Positions 12,039 through 25,704 of a stretch of DNA of 64,000 nucleotides are shown here, piece after piece; within the stretch, counting starts at the first letter, position 1, and each line of letters opens with the position of its first letter. The notes under the pieces were generated by a model that saw only the letters and a list, made by a program, of their open reading frames with translations, had not been told where the DNA came from and searched no databases. The stretch is taken from the NCBI GenBank assembly GCA_964106915.2, contig OZ066923.1; one strand, written 5' to 3'. This stretch comes from Podarcis gaigeae (Eukaryota). The position numbers were made by a program, and so were the translations under genes.

Positions 12039-15000
12039 TATTTCCCTCTCCACAAATGAAAATGATATCCAGTGCTAGAAAAACGAGGAAAGTAAACCAA
12101 AAGGCCAGCGGGAAACCAATCATGCCACTTCTCTGTCCCCCAGAGGAGAGAAGGAGTTCACTGCCCTACCAACTGGAGTGGAAAGGGAGGCCCTTTCTAC
12201 TCCCAAAACTGCTTGGCATGCAGAGCAACACCTATAGTTTCCCAGAGCGTCACTGGATGCCCCAAATCTCTTTCATTTTTCACAGAAATACAGTAAATTA
12301 ATATATACTGTAGTTCTATTTATGAAGCGTCCCCCTCCCCTAAAACATTCCTCCCTTGGGAATTAAGTGAAATTAATATTTATGCCTAAAACAGCACCCA
12401 GCACAGTGGCAGGATGTTCTGAACTTTTGTCAAAATTTCTGCTTCAGACATTAGGCTGTTTGATTGCTCTAGACCACTTTTGGTGTTTAGGAGGCATCTC
12501 TGATGACAACGAAAAGTCCCCTGCCCTCTTCTGCACCTGGTTGATCTGCAGACAGGAGCTAGAGCTATTTGCCTTGGTGCTGGTTGATTCAGCAGCAGCC
12601 AGCCCAGGGAGTGGAGTGGATGAGCAGGGCTTTAGAGAGAAAGCTGGTCACATGTAGCCTCTTTAAGCAGGCATTCTCTTGCTCCTGACCATCTGTCTCT
12701 CCCTCTCTGTTCAGCTGATGGGGCGATTCTAGGGGTGTTAGATTCCCTATTCACTATGGCGCAGTTTCCACCAACATCCTGCTCTGGTTGCCCTGGGTGG
12801 GAATGGCAGTGGAGTGACCTTTCTAATATTACTACGAGAGAGAGGGGACTGCCAGTACTGCGGGGAATGGGGATTAAGGAGACACACCAAAGTCAGGAAA
12901 GGGGGATGGGTGGTGGCTGAAATGAGGAGGTGTACAACCTTTGGTGTTTGAGGAAAGATCTTCCCCAGCAGAGATAAGTGAGAGCTCAGGCGACCATACT
13001 TGCTGCTAGGATGATGAGGCACCTCCAGAGTCTGACCTGGACGTCAGAATCTCCAGGTTTACCTCAGCTTTTTAGTGTTGCTGGTTGTCTAATGAAGTTA
13101 CAGTGAAGGAATTCTTGTACTCCTTTCAACAAAACTTTGCAATATCTTATTCCTCTGCTTGGCACTATGAGAAGAGCTAGAGGAGAAGGGGGGTGGCGGC
13201 AAGAGATGAGCTATAAAAATAGCTTTGTCCGATGGCTGCGGCTGTTCCACTCACTGCCTGTAATCCACCCTGTGGCATCCTGGCTCCCATGTGCACTGTG
13301 TGTTACATAATGGGAGACACTCGGGCATCACTTCAGCTTCAGAAAAGGGAAAGGGAAAGAGTGACGTGACATTTACACCGCTTGCGCTTCCCAATATGTT
13401 CCTCCAGCTGGGCTTTCCAAAGCATGTCAATGCTGAGCTGCTTTCAGAGGAGTTGATAGGCACCCAGAGAGCGTGAAAATAAAGCATTTCCACTTTGCAC
13501 CAGAGGGCAGTGGCGGTTGACGTGGGTAGGGGTAGTAGAATGCCTTGCTCGAGAATGAATATAATTTGAGGGAGCAGGAAGAGAGTCAAAGAAAAAGAAA
13601 AAGCTCTAAGGTGTCCTGTTAGGAGTATTTGCTGTGGAAAGATTAAGCCATTGGCAAGTGTCCAGGGACTAGATTGCTTTGAATGAACAAGCCATTTTAT
13701 AGTCTATAAAATATAGTACTAACTGCCACATGCTCAAAATAGGTTTCAGTGTTTGGAAAGGGAGGGCTTAGTTGGAATAATACATGGGGATTTGCTCGTG
13801 TGGGGAGGTTTGCATGCACCCCCAAAGGACTTAGGGCTGTGTACATACCATACATTTAAAGCACATGACTTCCCCCTTAGGTACCAGAGAACTGTGGTTT
13901 GTTGAGGGTGCTGTGAATTATAGCTCTGTAAGGAGTATAGTTCCTAGGATTCCCGGAGTGTGTGTTTTAGATGTGTGGTGTAAAATTGGGCCTTTCCTGG
14001 GTTAGAACAACTGGCCAGTGACCTGCAGAGAGTCCTGTCTTACACACTCACTCAGACATGCACACACAAATACACACACTCTCACAGTCCAAGCCTTCTG
14101 TCTCCTCACATTTTGCCATATGGTTTTCAGCTGAGTGGAGTACCAAAAAATAAAAAATAAAAAATACTGCTTCTCAGCTTCACTTTTGGCTGCTGTTGCC
14201 TCCCAATGTCAAGCAGCACAAACTTCTGAGAGGCTTCCTGCCAGGAATACGCAGCTGCAGCAAAAGGGGTTCCCTCTTCTGTGTTTCTCTCCTGAAGGTT
14301 TTTGAGCCACTCGTCCTAATTCATCCTTTGAAGAAGGATCTGGAACTGGTAAGTGCTGAGTAAAAAACAGGCCAGTAAGGAAGCTCCAGAAGTCTATATG
14401 GGGTGGAGAGATGGGGTTGAGTCCAGAAACTCTCCAACCATGGATCATGGAATATTTGGTCAATTAATATATAGAAGAACAGTTCCAGAGTAGTATGAAA
14501 AGGGCAATTGGTGAGCACTCCAATATTCACAGTAGGGCAATTCCTTTATTAGGAACAACCCAAATGACCTGCTAAACACTAGCCTCTTCCCATGCAGTTG
14601 CAACTAATGTTTTGTTGGCAAAAGGTAATCCAGTTTGGGTTGCACGTAAATGTCTACGGCCAGACTTTCTTGGGCCTGCAGTGATGAATCATTTTATTTT
14701 AAAATTTAATATGCATGTGTTTGAACAGCATCTGTGGAATCAGACCCACAAGCATACTATACAAGGAGAAACAGCAGGGCTCTGTCGATGGCAATCAAAG
14801 CACCAAATGCTGAGTGTTTACTTTGTCCTGGCTGCCTTGTCTGAGATCAACAGTGACTGTAGATTTCCTCATTGTTCCATTGGAATAATATATATCGATT
14901 AGTCAACAGAAGTGAGTCCAGTGTGCATATAGTTCAAGTGGTTTTGTTCATTTCATTTAAATCCTCTGGTAGTGTTGGGTGGGAAGCGAAAACACAATTT

Positions 15001-16617
15001 GCAAGTAGGCCAGTCTTGGTTGCAGTCTTTTTATCCCAGAGTTGATCATTTACATTAGTGGGGAGGTGAAGACAGCTTTTTCAGGGCTGGGGCCACCTTT
15101 AGGCCACACATACCTAATGGGGCCCACTTTTTAATAGCTTAATATATATTTGTATGTGGTTGTGTTGTTTTTGCAACCTGTGTAGTTCAAGCTGTGACCC
15201 AGTAGTGGGTTCCAAACCTGCAGCAATTACCTAACGATGTTAGGTAATTGGGTTGGAGTTGCAGCCCTAGCTTCTGAAATAGGTAAGAGGAGCCTATGGC
15301 ATTCCAGTTGTTGGACTGCATCCCTGTCCATTGGCCATGCTGGCTGTGGAAGATGGGGAGCTGCAGAGTCTGACAACATCTGGAGGGTCGTAATTTTCCC
15401 GCCTCTGTTCTAGAAGGATTAAAGGATGAGGACTGGTGACTCTATAAGAATGTTTCAGCCCTTCTAAAGTAAATATTATTTAGTGATATAGTTAAATTAC
15501 CCTGGCGTAGTGCTTTACAGGAACCTTTGCTCTGCTCTATTCTCATTGGTTATGACAAGGAGAGACTCACATGACTGGAGAAACTTTCCTGAGCAAGTTG
15601 GATTATGAGCAGCTACTTAAGTTTTCTTATGTTTAAATATTGCTTTACAGAAACAGCTGCCTCTGAGAGGACTATGATGAGGCCCCAGAGAAGGGAAGTG
15701 GGGGGTGATGTAGGATGGTTTGTCCCTCCTGAATATTGTTGCCTCGTTGGATTTATAAATAACATTCTCAATACCTTGGTTGCTAATTGTTTGTTAAGTA
15801 TTTCCAGAAAGAATGAAGCAATTTCCAAGAACTATCATCATTGGCAAGGGAGATAGTTTGCTATGGAAGCCTTTTCTCCTTCCATATGCCAGTTGTTCTC
15901 TACATTTCCAGTAATTTTTATTAATTGTCCAGGATCATCTCTCTATGCCTAAGAAGAAAAATAGGCATTTACAATCTTAAGTAGTGCCATGGATATGAAA
16001 TGAGGTGCTCCTCATAGGTAGTTTCAAATGCTTGGGAACAGTGACCCCAATCAGCAACTGTGCATGGCAGAAAGGCTGCAGTTACTGGAATGTCTCCAGG
16101 AAAGAAGGGTAGTAAGATATGGCGTTGGGGTGTCAAATGCAACAGTCAACCTGGCAATTCCCCATTAATTCAGCAGTGAGGTTGCCAGCCTCTTTTTCCA
16201 GCAAGGTTTTTCAGCCTTTATCAGATGCATTAAAGGCATAAATTCAACATTTCAGCCTTTTCCTAGTATGGAGATACAGTATTAGGAAATCTCCTCCTCC
16301 TCCTTTTTCCTCCAGGTTAATGTTTTATTATTAATTCAATAAATATGTTAAGAGCCAGTGGCTTAAAAACTTCAGCACATAACAAAGATACCAACAAGTC
16401 TCAATATCTGTAGACCCACCTGTCCTCCAGTTATCTGTTCCCTCTCCATGCTCCAGTAACAACACGATTGAAGTTATGCACAAGCCACCCTATGCTGTGC
16501 TATTCAAGAGAAACCAACGTGAGAATAAAAGCAAGCTAAAATAAAGGGGTTGGAAGTAAAAAGAAGCTCTATTTTCATTAACTATTCCTCAAATGTTTAA
16601 GGATAGACTGACATGTA

Positions 16618-16859
16618 CAGTGGTACCTCGGGTTAAGTGCTTAATTCGTTCTGGAGGTCCGTTCTTAACCTGAAACTGTTCTTAATCTGAGGTACCACTT
16701 TAGCTAATGGGGCCTCCCGCTGCTGCTGTGTCGCCAGAACACGATTTCTGTTCTCATCGTCAAGCAAAGTTCTTAACCTGAGGTACTATTTCTGGGTTAG
16801 CGGAGTCTGTAACCTGAAGCGACTGTAACCTGAAGTGTATGTAACCTGAGGTACCACTG
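16618..16859. mobile_element. pogo/Tigger-like MITE, copy 3
   Basis: TA-flanked TIRs; repeated TAACCTGA(A/G) subterminal motifs. Confidence 0.9.
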
Positions 16860-19573
16860 TATTACTAAAGCTTAGCAGACTGCTGTTTTTGATAGGTCTC
16901 CCATTCTTTTACCGCTTGGCGCTCTCTGCCTCTAGGGTGGGGGGAGATCAGAAGAAAAGCTGAGCAGCTCTGCCACCCCAGAAGCATCCCTTACCTGGAT
17001 TGCTTCTCCAGCAGTGGTGAGAGTAATGGGGCAAGTGGAGCACCAGTGGGGGCACCGCCTCTTGTGTTTCCGCTGCCTGAGGCTGCTGCTTCACCTTGCC
17101 TCATGGGTGGGCTGGCTCTGGTTTCAAATGTGATTTAAAGGTGTAGTGTGAATGCAGCGTGTTTCATACATGTTTTACTTCCTAGGCGGCAGTCTGTGCT
17201 AGCTGTGGCTTTGTTGTGGTCCTTGGATGACCCAGTAAGATGGGTCTATCCAGATTTCCAAGAAGGCTGAGCTGCCTCTCTGGACAGGGATCAAGTAAGG
17301 GTAGAAACACAAAACAGATGACATGCAGGGAATGAGTTCTTTCAAGTATGTGCTGGGCACAATCCTGTTATGAGCTCTTCCAAACTACTTTTTCTTTTGC
17401 ATGATCTGTTACAGATAATCTCACGATGGCTCTTTCAGACTGCATCTGGTGAACTATTGCTGCTTAGTACTCTAGATTTTTTTTTCTTCCTTACCTGCCC
17501 CGCCTTGTTCACAAAACTTGCACCTCAGTTAGGATACTCCTGTAACATCAATAGTAGTTGTATAGAAGAGGACATTTTGGCAGGAGACAGCTTTCATCTA
17601 GGGTTGGGGGCAGGAGGAAAGGGTGAATTTGATGGCATTTATTCCAACTTTGGACCTGGTCACATTTGCATCATTAGTTACAAACCTTTCTATTGCCTTT
17701 CCCCATCCACAAACCCACCCACCTAAATAGTAACAATCTCGAAGTGCCTTTGATTGACTGCTCCTCTTACTGTGCAATCTTAGGCGTGCTTACCTTAGAA
17801 CCAAAGGCCCTCTTGGAGCCAGAAAGATGGACATTGAATTGCACCCTTAATGTAAAACAAGTGTATTTCTTATTCCCTTGATGAATTGTATGTTTTTTGG
17901 CATCCTGGCTAGCTAATGTTTCAAACTGGAAAAGAGAAAACAGCATCTCTTCTATGTGGCAAAAGTATTTTCACTTGGGAATCCACGGGCTGTTTTTAAT
18001 TTGAACACATTGTCTTGCTTCTATTACATGAAACACTTCTGCTGAGGAATTGCCTTTATTCAGTATGTGTGACCCTCTTAAAAAGCTTTTGAATGGTCTT
18101 TTTTTGGGGTGGGCAGAAGAGCAGGTGGGGGAAGAGGCAGAAGAAGTAAATTGGCTGCTAAATCTTCACCTCTGTAAGCCAACATGACCTTTCAGTTGGC
18201 CAAGTGTGCAGAATAGAGGTCACAGGACTCAGCCAATATTTGGGCAAAATGACACCAGTCAAATCTGATCCATTGGGCAGGTATGTATTCTAAAGATTCA
18301 AACCGTGGCCACGAAATATATCTCTGTTGAGAAGACGACAGGTGAAGGGTTAACTTGCAGCAGCAGCCACATGCAGCAAAGGGCTCTCCTCTCTCTGCCT
18401 GCCAGCTCCTGGAGACTAGCAGAGAGTTAAGGAGCTGGGAGTCTGACGTCAAAAGGGCCAGAATAGAAGACTCTATTTATAGGGCTGTTCCAAAGGGAAT
18501 GGGAGACGCACAGACAGAGATTGTTCACTGGCTTGTGCTTGCAGGGTTGTTTTCTCTGTTCTTAACAGTGCAGGCAGCTGCCCCACTAGCTGGCACAGCT
18601 GCCTTGTTGGGAGGGAAATGGGCTCTCTCCACTGGCCACATTTGGTCTGTATGTCCTCCCCATTCCTTTCCTACACAACCTCATAGAATGGTTACACATT
18701 CTCCTAATATAATTCATTTAGTGTCCAAATGCAGTACTGGTACTTTCAGTATATGATAAATCTCTTTCAGTGAATAATTCCTAGCATTTTATCCTGTGAC
18801 CTACAAGTCTTTAACCCTTTTCCCAAATGCATGGGGGCTGGCAGTGGTGAATGAAAGGTACTCTGTTTAGAATCCGAGGTGTTCCTTACATGTTCTGAGG
18901 CTGTGATCTGGTACTGAAAACAGATACTTGCAGGTAAATCCATCCCGTCTTGACTCATGTCAATATTTGCTCATATTCCCAGGAAAGAGTTGCAAATTCT
19001 TTTGGGAACTTAAATTACCTGATTGAATGTTGTTGCCATGTTATCTGTTTCCTTGTCTCCATGGGAAAGGATTGCTAAAAAAGAAAAGAAAAAATAGGGG
19101 CGGAGGAGCCCTCAGGCATAACATCTGTGCAACCAGTCCTCTCTCCAGGTTATAAGATTTATGCAAAAGCAAAACACAGAGTCCTGTGCCCTGTGATACC
19201 ACTGTTGCCATTTACTTCCAAGCTTTCAGTCCTATCGTGGAGGATGGCACAACTGCAAAATGCCCTAGCTTGAACACAATGCTCCTTTGATATTTTTTCC
19301 CACAAAGTTCCAATCCTAAATATATATTTACTTCTCTAATCTAGGAATAATCACTGTGCTACTTTCAGTCTCTCCTCTGCAGCATTTTGAGTATGCATAA
19401 TCATTGCGGAGTTCTGTTGTTGCATTCCCTTTTGTGCTTTTTGGCAATGGAACAAAGAAGTCTTTCTTCTCTCCTAGTTATCTGACGTATGAAGCAGAAA
19501 TGTGTGTTGTGATCTTCATTTCCACCTAGAGATTGTAGTATCTTTTAACTGGAACATAGCATATCTAGCCTTT

Positions 19574-19603
19574 ACACACACACAAACACACACACACACA
19601 CAC
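19574..19603. repeat. (AC)n microsatellite
   Basis: Directly visible, one interruption. Confidence 0.9.
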
Positions 19604-21269
19604 GGGAGCTTATAATCTCTGCAGCAATCTGTAATACCAGCATCTGGGGCTGGATTTGGGGCACATGCAGCAGCATTTGTGATGTCAGTCTAATTTGTGA
19701 ATGAGCGTAAAATGGTTGCAAAACCATGAATCCTATAGGCACCCTTGTCAATCAGTCATGGTTGATGGCAGCTCCCTTTACTTCCTGCAGTACAGTCATT
19801 ACACATTACAAAACTCAAACTGACACCAAAACCAGCATCCCTCTAGTTTTTGGCTGAGCCAGGGTCCAATGTCATCACAATGTGCGAATACCCACCTCAT
19901 TGTGTAGATCACATCATTGGATGGTGGGGACAGGAAATGCACATTGTAATGAAGCCCATCCAGGTTGGCCAATGGGCAGGGATGATGGATGTTGCAGTCC
20001 AACATTTGAAGGAACACAGGTTCCCCACCCCTTCCTCAAGGACTAACAAATTTATAAAGACATTATGCCAAGCAATTCTTCGTTAGCTTTCCTGCAAAAC
20101 ATGCCTATCCTCCTGAAAGAATGAGGAGTACACAGTAAATCAGAGACAAAGCTCAGAGGTAATCAGAAAAATATATAAGAGATCGATTCTTCTATATGCT
20201 CCCTAAAATTCACAAGGAAAGCTTCCCTTTGCTTTACCTGTTGTGTCAAAGTCAGGATCTGTTTGGGCGCTATTTTGGAGCCTTTCTTGATTCCTTTCTA
20301 CAAGACTTTGTGCAGCAGAGCCCATCGTTTATTTAAGATACAAAACATTTTATCAAGGGAGTGGATTGTATGCTTCCGCTTACATACTGATCTAAACACT
20401 GCTGCTGCATGCGTTTGGCATTGTGATGTGATGGCAACAGCAAGCTGAGACAGATTCCTGTGGGTTGTTCATCCTCTGCCTCCTGCATAAGAGAGGTAGA
20501 AATGTGACTTTCCTTGGAACTCTGGAGACACATATTGTAGATGGCAGTCAGAAGCCACATGCACACCACATATTTGTAGCGATATTATGCCACTTTAAAC
20601 AGTCATGGCTTCCTGCAAACAAAGAATCCTGGGAAGTACAGTTTGTTAAGGATGCAAAGAGTCATCAGAAGAGCCACATTACCCCCACAGAGCTACATTC
20701 CCTGGGAAGGGATGGACTGATTGTGCTGTAGGGAATTGTGATGCTGAAAGACTACATGGCAGCTGTCGAGACGCATCATTCCAATCATTAACCAAAAGAA
20801 TTGGAACAACCCAGCAGCTTCTATCCCATTTGTGGTTGCATTTGCTGAGCACAAGTTAAACGTAATAGTATTGCTTGCCGGGATATAAAACACTTCTTCT
20901 ACTCATGATTTATGGATTTAAGTTTTAAATATTAACACAACATAAATAGGCCAAATAGCTTTTATCTTCATTGACTCAAAGGCTCTTCTTTAAACGAACA
21001 TAAAATCCTTCCTTTTGTAGATAAAGATGCCCATCTGTATTGCTCATGAATCAAGTCTCATTTACTTTGAAAAACTTAAATCACACTTGCCATGCTGGGA
21101 GGACAGTAACAAGCAATGATACTTTTTTCTGGAGTCAGATACAGAAACATGAAGGTTGAATTGAACTTTGCTTATTAGCTCTTGTTTTGTCTCTCCTGCC
21201 GCACACTTCCCATTCTGTCACTTGTTGATCTCCTGGGGCGGGGGGCAAAGCTTGGCCTTTTAAAATTAA

Positions 21270-21491
21270 CGGTTATATCCCACCATTCCTCCAAGGAGCT
21301 CAAGGCAGAAGACATGATTTCTCTTACCTGTCCCCCCCCCAGTCAATTTTAGCCTTGCAACCACTCTGTGCTGTAGGTCAGGCTGAGAGACCACCAGCCC
21401 TAGTGTTTCACGGCCAAGTAAGGATTTGAACCTAGTTCAGCACCAGTGGACTCTCCTAGTCCTAGTCCAGCATCATAACCATTACACCACA
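21270..21491 (-). mobile_element. MIR/Ther1-derived SINE (Squam3-like)
   Basis: Reverse complement of the 11.3 kb element type (ggagctcaagg, gtaggtcaggctgagaga, ggatttgaacc, taaccattacacca). Confidence 0.55.
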
Positions 21492-21494
21492 AGA

Positions 21495-21770
21495 AAAGCC
21501 CACTGGGCCAGAGCAGTGTCCCACCTAGTTCTGCACTGTGTTCTCAGTGTGGCCAACCAGATATCTATGGGCAGCCTGCAAGTGGGTTCTGAGTGCAGCT
21601 CCTGCGGTTTCCAGCAACCGGGTATTCAGAAACATACCGCCTCTGGCAGTGGAAGTAGAGCATAGTCATCAGGGTTAGTGGCCACTGGTGGCCAGCTTTA
21701 TTCTCCATAAGTGTGTCTCTTCAAGAACCATCCACGTTGGTGGCCATCAATTGCCTCTTGTGGGAGCAAA
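21495..21770 (-). mobile_element. CR1 LINE 3' fragment
   Basis: cagtgtggccaaccagat...ccagcaaccgggtattcaga...gttggtggccatc; related in reverse to 32075-32333. Confidence 0.55.
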
Positions 21771-21858
21771 CACACCAGCTCTTGCTAAAAACAGGGGGCT
21801 TTATGGAAGCAGTTCTTAATGAGAACATTACTCTTTGGACATGAGTACCCCATCCTCA

Positions 21859-22210
21859 TGGAACGCGGGTGGCGCCGTGGGTTAAACCACAGAGCCTAGG
21901 GCCTGCCGATCAGAAGGTCAGCAGTTTGAATCCCTGCGACAGGGTGAGCTCCCCTTGCTTGGTCCCTGCTCCTGCAAACCTAGCAGTTCAAAAGCATGTC
22001 AAAGTGCAAGTAGATAAATAGGTACCGCTCTGGCAGGAAGGTAAACGCCATTTCCGTGTGCTGCTCTGGTTTGCCAGAAGCGGCTTAGTCATGCTGGCCA
22101 CATGACCTGTACGCTGGCTCCCTTGGTCAATAAAGTGAGATGAGCGCTGCAATCCCAGAGTCGTCCACGACTGGACTTAATGGTCAGGGGTCCCTTTACC
22201 TTTACCTTTA
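21859..22210 (+). mobile_element. Full-length Sauria SINE (Squam1/POM type)
   Basis: tRNA-like head (GGTGGCGCCGTGG A-box, GTTTGAATCC B-box), tail GGTCAGGGGTCCCTTT(ACCTTT)n, 13-bp TSD taccccatcctca (21846-21858 / 22209-22221). Confidence 0.92.
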
Positions 22211-25200
22211 CCCCATCCTCACAATGCTGGGATAAAGAAAAATAGAACCTTGCTGCAACTGTGTTACATCAGTGACATAATTTCACATGGTTCCTAAAGC
22301 TAAAGTAGAGCAAGCCATCTCAGCAAAGGAACACATTGGCCTGCTTTTCAAATATGCTGATCCTTTCAAAGGCAATGAGCCCTGCAAGTGACTCTGTGCA
22401 TTTGCAAATAATAATCAGCAATTTTTTAAACATGCAATTGCCCCTGAACCTACAGCTCAGTGTTTTTGCCTTATTTACAGCCCAGGTTTTGTTCTCACTG
22501 GGAATGACTGCAATATTAATTAATGCTAGCCATTCTTTACGGAAGTCAATGAAGTTAAAGGAGAGAGAAAAACTAGACGAAATTGTTTCTGATAAGCACA
22601 AAAGGTTGTCTAAGGTGACCACACTGTGAGGTCAGCACAGCAGAGGTGGGGAGGAGCAGGAGGCCTGGAAGCGTAACTCCTCCAGCGAATTAGTGGAGGC
22701 GTCAGGGTGAACGAGACTCATTCAGCTTAAGTTGGAGGGCAGCCAGAAAAGCAGAGGTAAGAGCACAGACAGGCACTTAAGGTTTTAAGGCTGCCTATCC
22801 TTGGCCCAGGCCTTTCCTACTTGCCTGTGTTTTTGTTGGCAGACTTAACATCCCCAAACGCAAACCTGCATTGTAGGGTATAGAATTATCACACTCCTGA
22901 GCAAGAAACATAATGTATAGTGGGGAAGAGGAAGGATGTTATGGAACTTAACTTGTTAACTGTTCATTTATACAAGAGTCATGAAATGTGTGCATTAGCC
23001 TGAACAATAACCCTTGAAGGTGGGGCCTGATTCAGAGGGACCATGTGTATTCTGCCACTCATCCAGCCTATGACATGCCATGGCATTCAGGAAAGACAAA
23101 ACTAACCTAGATGTGCCAGGAGACCAGCTCTGCCATAGGGAAAGGGAAAAGGAACATTAGATCAGCATCCCAGCATGTAGACTGAATTGGTTGGGGGTCT
23201 TGCACACCTAGGAAGCCTGCTTTCCCCCCTCAGTTAATTGTTCTGCCTTTACCCACTCCATACTTCCAACAAGTCCAGCCAGCAAAGTTGGCATTGGTAC
23301 ATTTTGAATTGGAGAGATGCAAAGGTTTACACTTTGTGGAAGCCACACCTCCTTTCTAGTGCCTGCCTGCTGTTCAAATGATGTAAAGGGAGGGATCAGT
23401 CCGATTCTGATCTGTGTCAGTTTCACATACGCAACTCTGTTCCACCCCGTTTTTGCATCAGTATGCAAATTATGAAACTGTACCAATTCATATTTAAGTA
23501 TACATTCTTGACTGTGTTTTCTACACAATAGGTGAATTTCTAAATGCATCTTCCCTAAAAAATATTTCATTTTCTTATATTTGGATTCCACCGTGACATA
23601 CATGAAATTCTCAGAAAGCCATGTTCTGTCTATTAATGAAGCCTGTAGGAAAGCATTCTAGATGGCAGCTTTACAGTTGCAAAAACTCCACATGGTGGAA
23701 GCACAAAGATAAAATCTGAGCCTCTTCCTTAACAGGGCAACTGACATTTTTTACTCTGGTTTTTAATTAGTGGTAGCTAACTTGGAATTTGGTATAGATC
23801 TTGTTATGTTTTGTAAATTTAAAGTTTTAACATGACTGATACTGCTAATATGTACATAAATGTAAAAGCCAGCAAACTTAAAAAGTAAAAGCAGTAGATA
23901 GCCTTCTTACTATTTCTCTGGGTTTTTTACACCAGCCCCTGTACTGTTGGGGAACAGCTCAAAAACCTTAAGACATATTACTACATCAAACTCTTCTAGC
24001 TACAATGGATTATTTAGCAAAATCTGGGCTTGCAGTGCTGTAGAATGCAAGGCCCTCTGTGAAGCTGTGATTTTCCAGCTGCTATTGTGTGTGGGAAGCA
24101 TGTATCTCTTATTTAAATCCAATAATCTAAATAATTGAGGCTTCAGCAGTCCTACATTCCAATTCACTTTCTCCAGGCCTGTTGCTCTGTCTTCACATCT
24201 TAAGCATTGCAAGATCAGCCTTCTTTTCAGTTCTCCCACAGCCCTCCCTTGCCCTTCATGGATGACTCATGCTGTAAGTTGTTGTTGCCCTAAGAGGGAA
24301 TGACAGCAAGCAGAAATACCAGTGCTGTTGACATTATAACCCATGCTCAGGTAGGATCCCTCCCTCTCAAATGACTCAGTATTTCAAATTCTCTTAACAT
24401 GGGAGTCCCCTGTGATGAATGTCTAACCACCACCCCACACCCTAGCTTGGGAGAAACTATCCAGGAGTTTCTGGAGACATGTTAGAACTTGGTGCTCTGG
24501 CTAGGCTACCAAAGCACTATTGTGACCAAACTTGGTATAGTTTGTTACTTAGAGGAAGGCACTTAACTTGAAGAAAACACTTTTCCTTTTTTAGGTGCTC
24601 ATAATGGCGGCTTCTTAAGTGCTGCATGACAAATACTGTACATTCTTTCCAAAATACTGGCTTTCTAACCATTGCATGCAGCTACAATCAACACTCAAGC
24701 AACGTTGAAACCATCATAATACTCTTTGCACATGTCAGGACACCAATCCTGAAGCACTGGGCCAACTGAACACTTAAAACGGTCTGCCACAAGAAGCCCC
24801 TAGTGGCGATTGCTACTGCTATCCAAAAAACCTATTTTGTTTAATCCAGGAATAAGGGCAGTGTGTTGCGAATCCTAGTTGATTTCTGGACATGTCTGAC
24901 CTTACAGGGTAGCAGGGGTAGTAGTATTACAAAACTCCAGTGAAACATTATTTTCTGAGTTCTTGGTTGGTATAGCATTATGTAGTAACATGCTTTCATT
25001 TTATTCATATAATTAGGGCACTTTTCGTAATTTTGTTACGGTTAACTTTGCATGCTCCGACAATCACTAGCACTCCTCATGCTGCCATGTTTTAAACACT
25101 ATTTGGAAGCAAAGCGAGTATTTTCGCAAAGCCCTCCGAATGCATTTACCAATAGCATTTGGAATAACCAATACACTTAAGGGTTTTCTTATATAAGGCA

Positions 25201-25704
25201 GAAATTTTAGAAAATGTTGGTATCCTTTAAGGTAGGTGTTGTCTCATACACCCCGACTTATTTCTAATACACAAATGTTAAGTCGAATCTCACTGAATTC
25301 AGTCAAATTTACTTCCACATAGAAACACTGTGGTAGAAATGTAGTCCAATTAAAGATGTAATAGCCAGGAAAAGGTCATGGTAGTAAACAGCATTTTCTG
25401 CTTTATATACGGCATTCAGTGGCTTCCAACCATACTTTGGGAGATTTCATTGCTGCAACATTTCCCGTTATCATCCAGGAGGCTTTCAGCAGGTATCAGT
25501 CACGTCTGGTCGGTGCTATTTCTGCAGCGAGCTCCTCGCTCACCCTAGGGATGTCTCAAAAGAGCTGAGCCTGTCTTCAGGACATTTATGTTCTGGCTTT
25601 ACAGTACTGCACCCATCTGGAGAAATGTTCCTCCCAATCCCCCCCAAATCTATTCCCCCCCCCTTACAAACCCTTATTGCCCTTGCACAAACAACAGGGA
25701 CAAG

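Noticed and set aside
16760-16859. CRISPR-like spaced repeats (TAACCTGA)
   Set aside because: Subterminal MITE repeats in a eukaryotic genome; irregular spacing and no cas genes
21859-21935. tRNA gene
   Set aside because: A/B boxes belong to the SINE head; no cloverleaf
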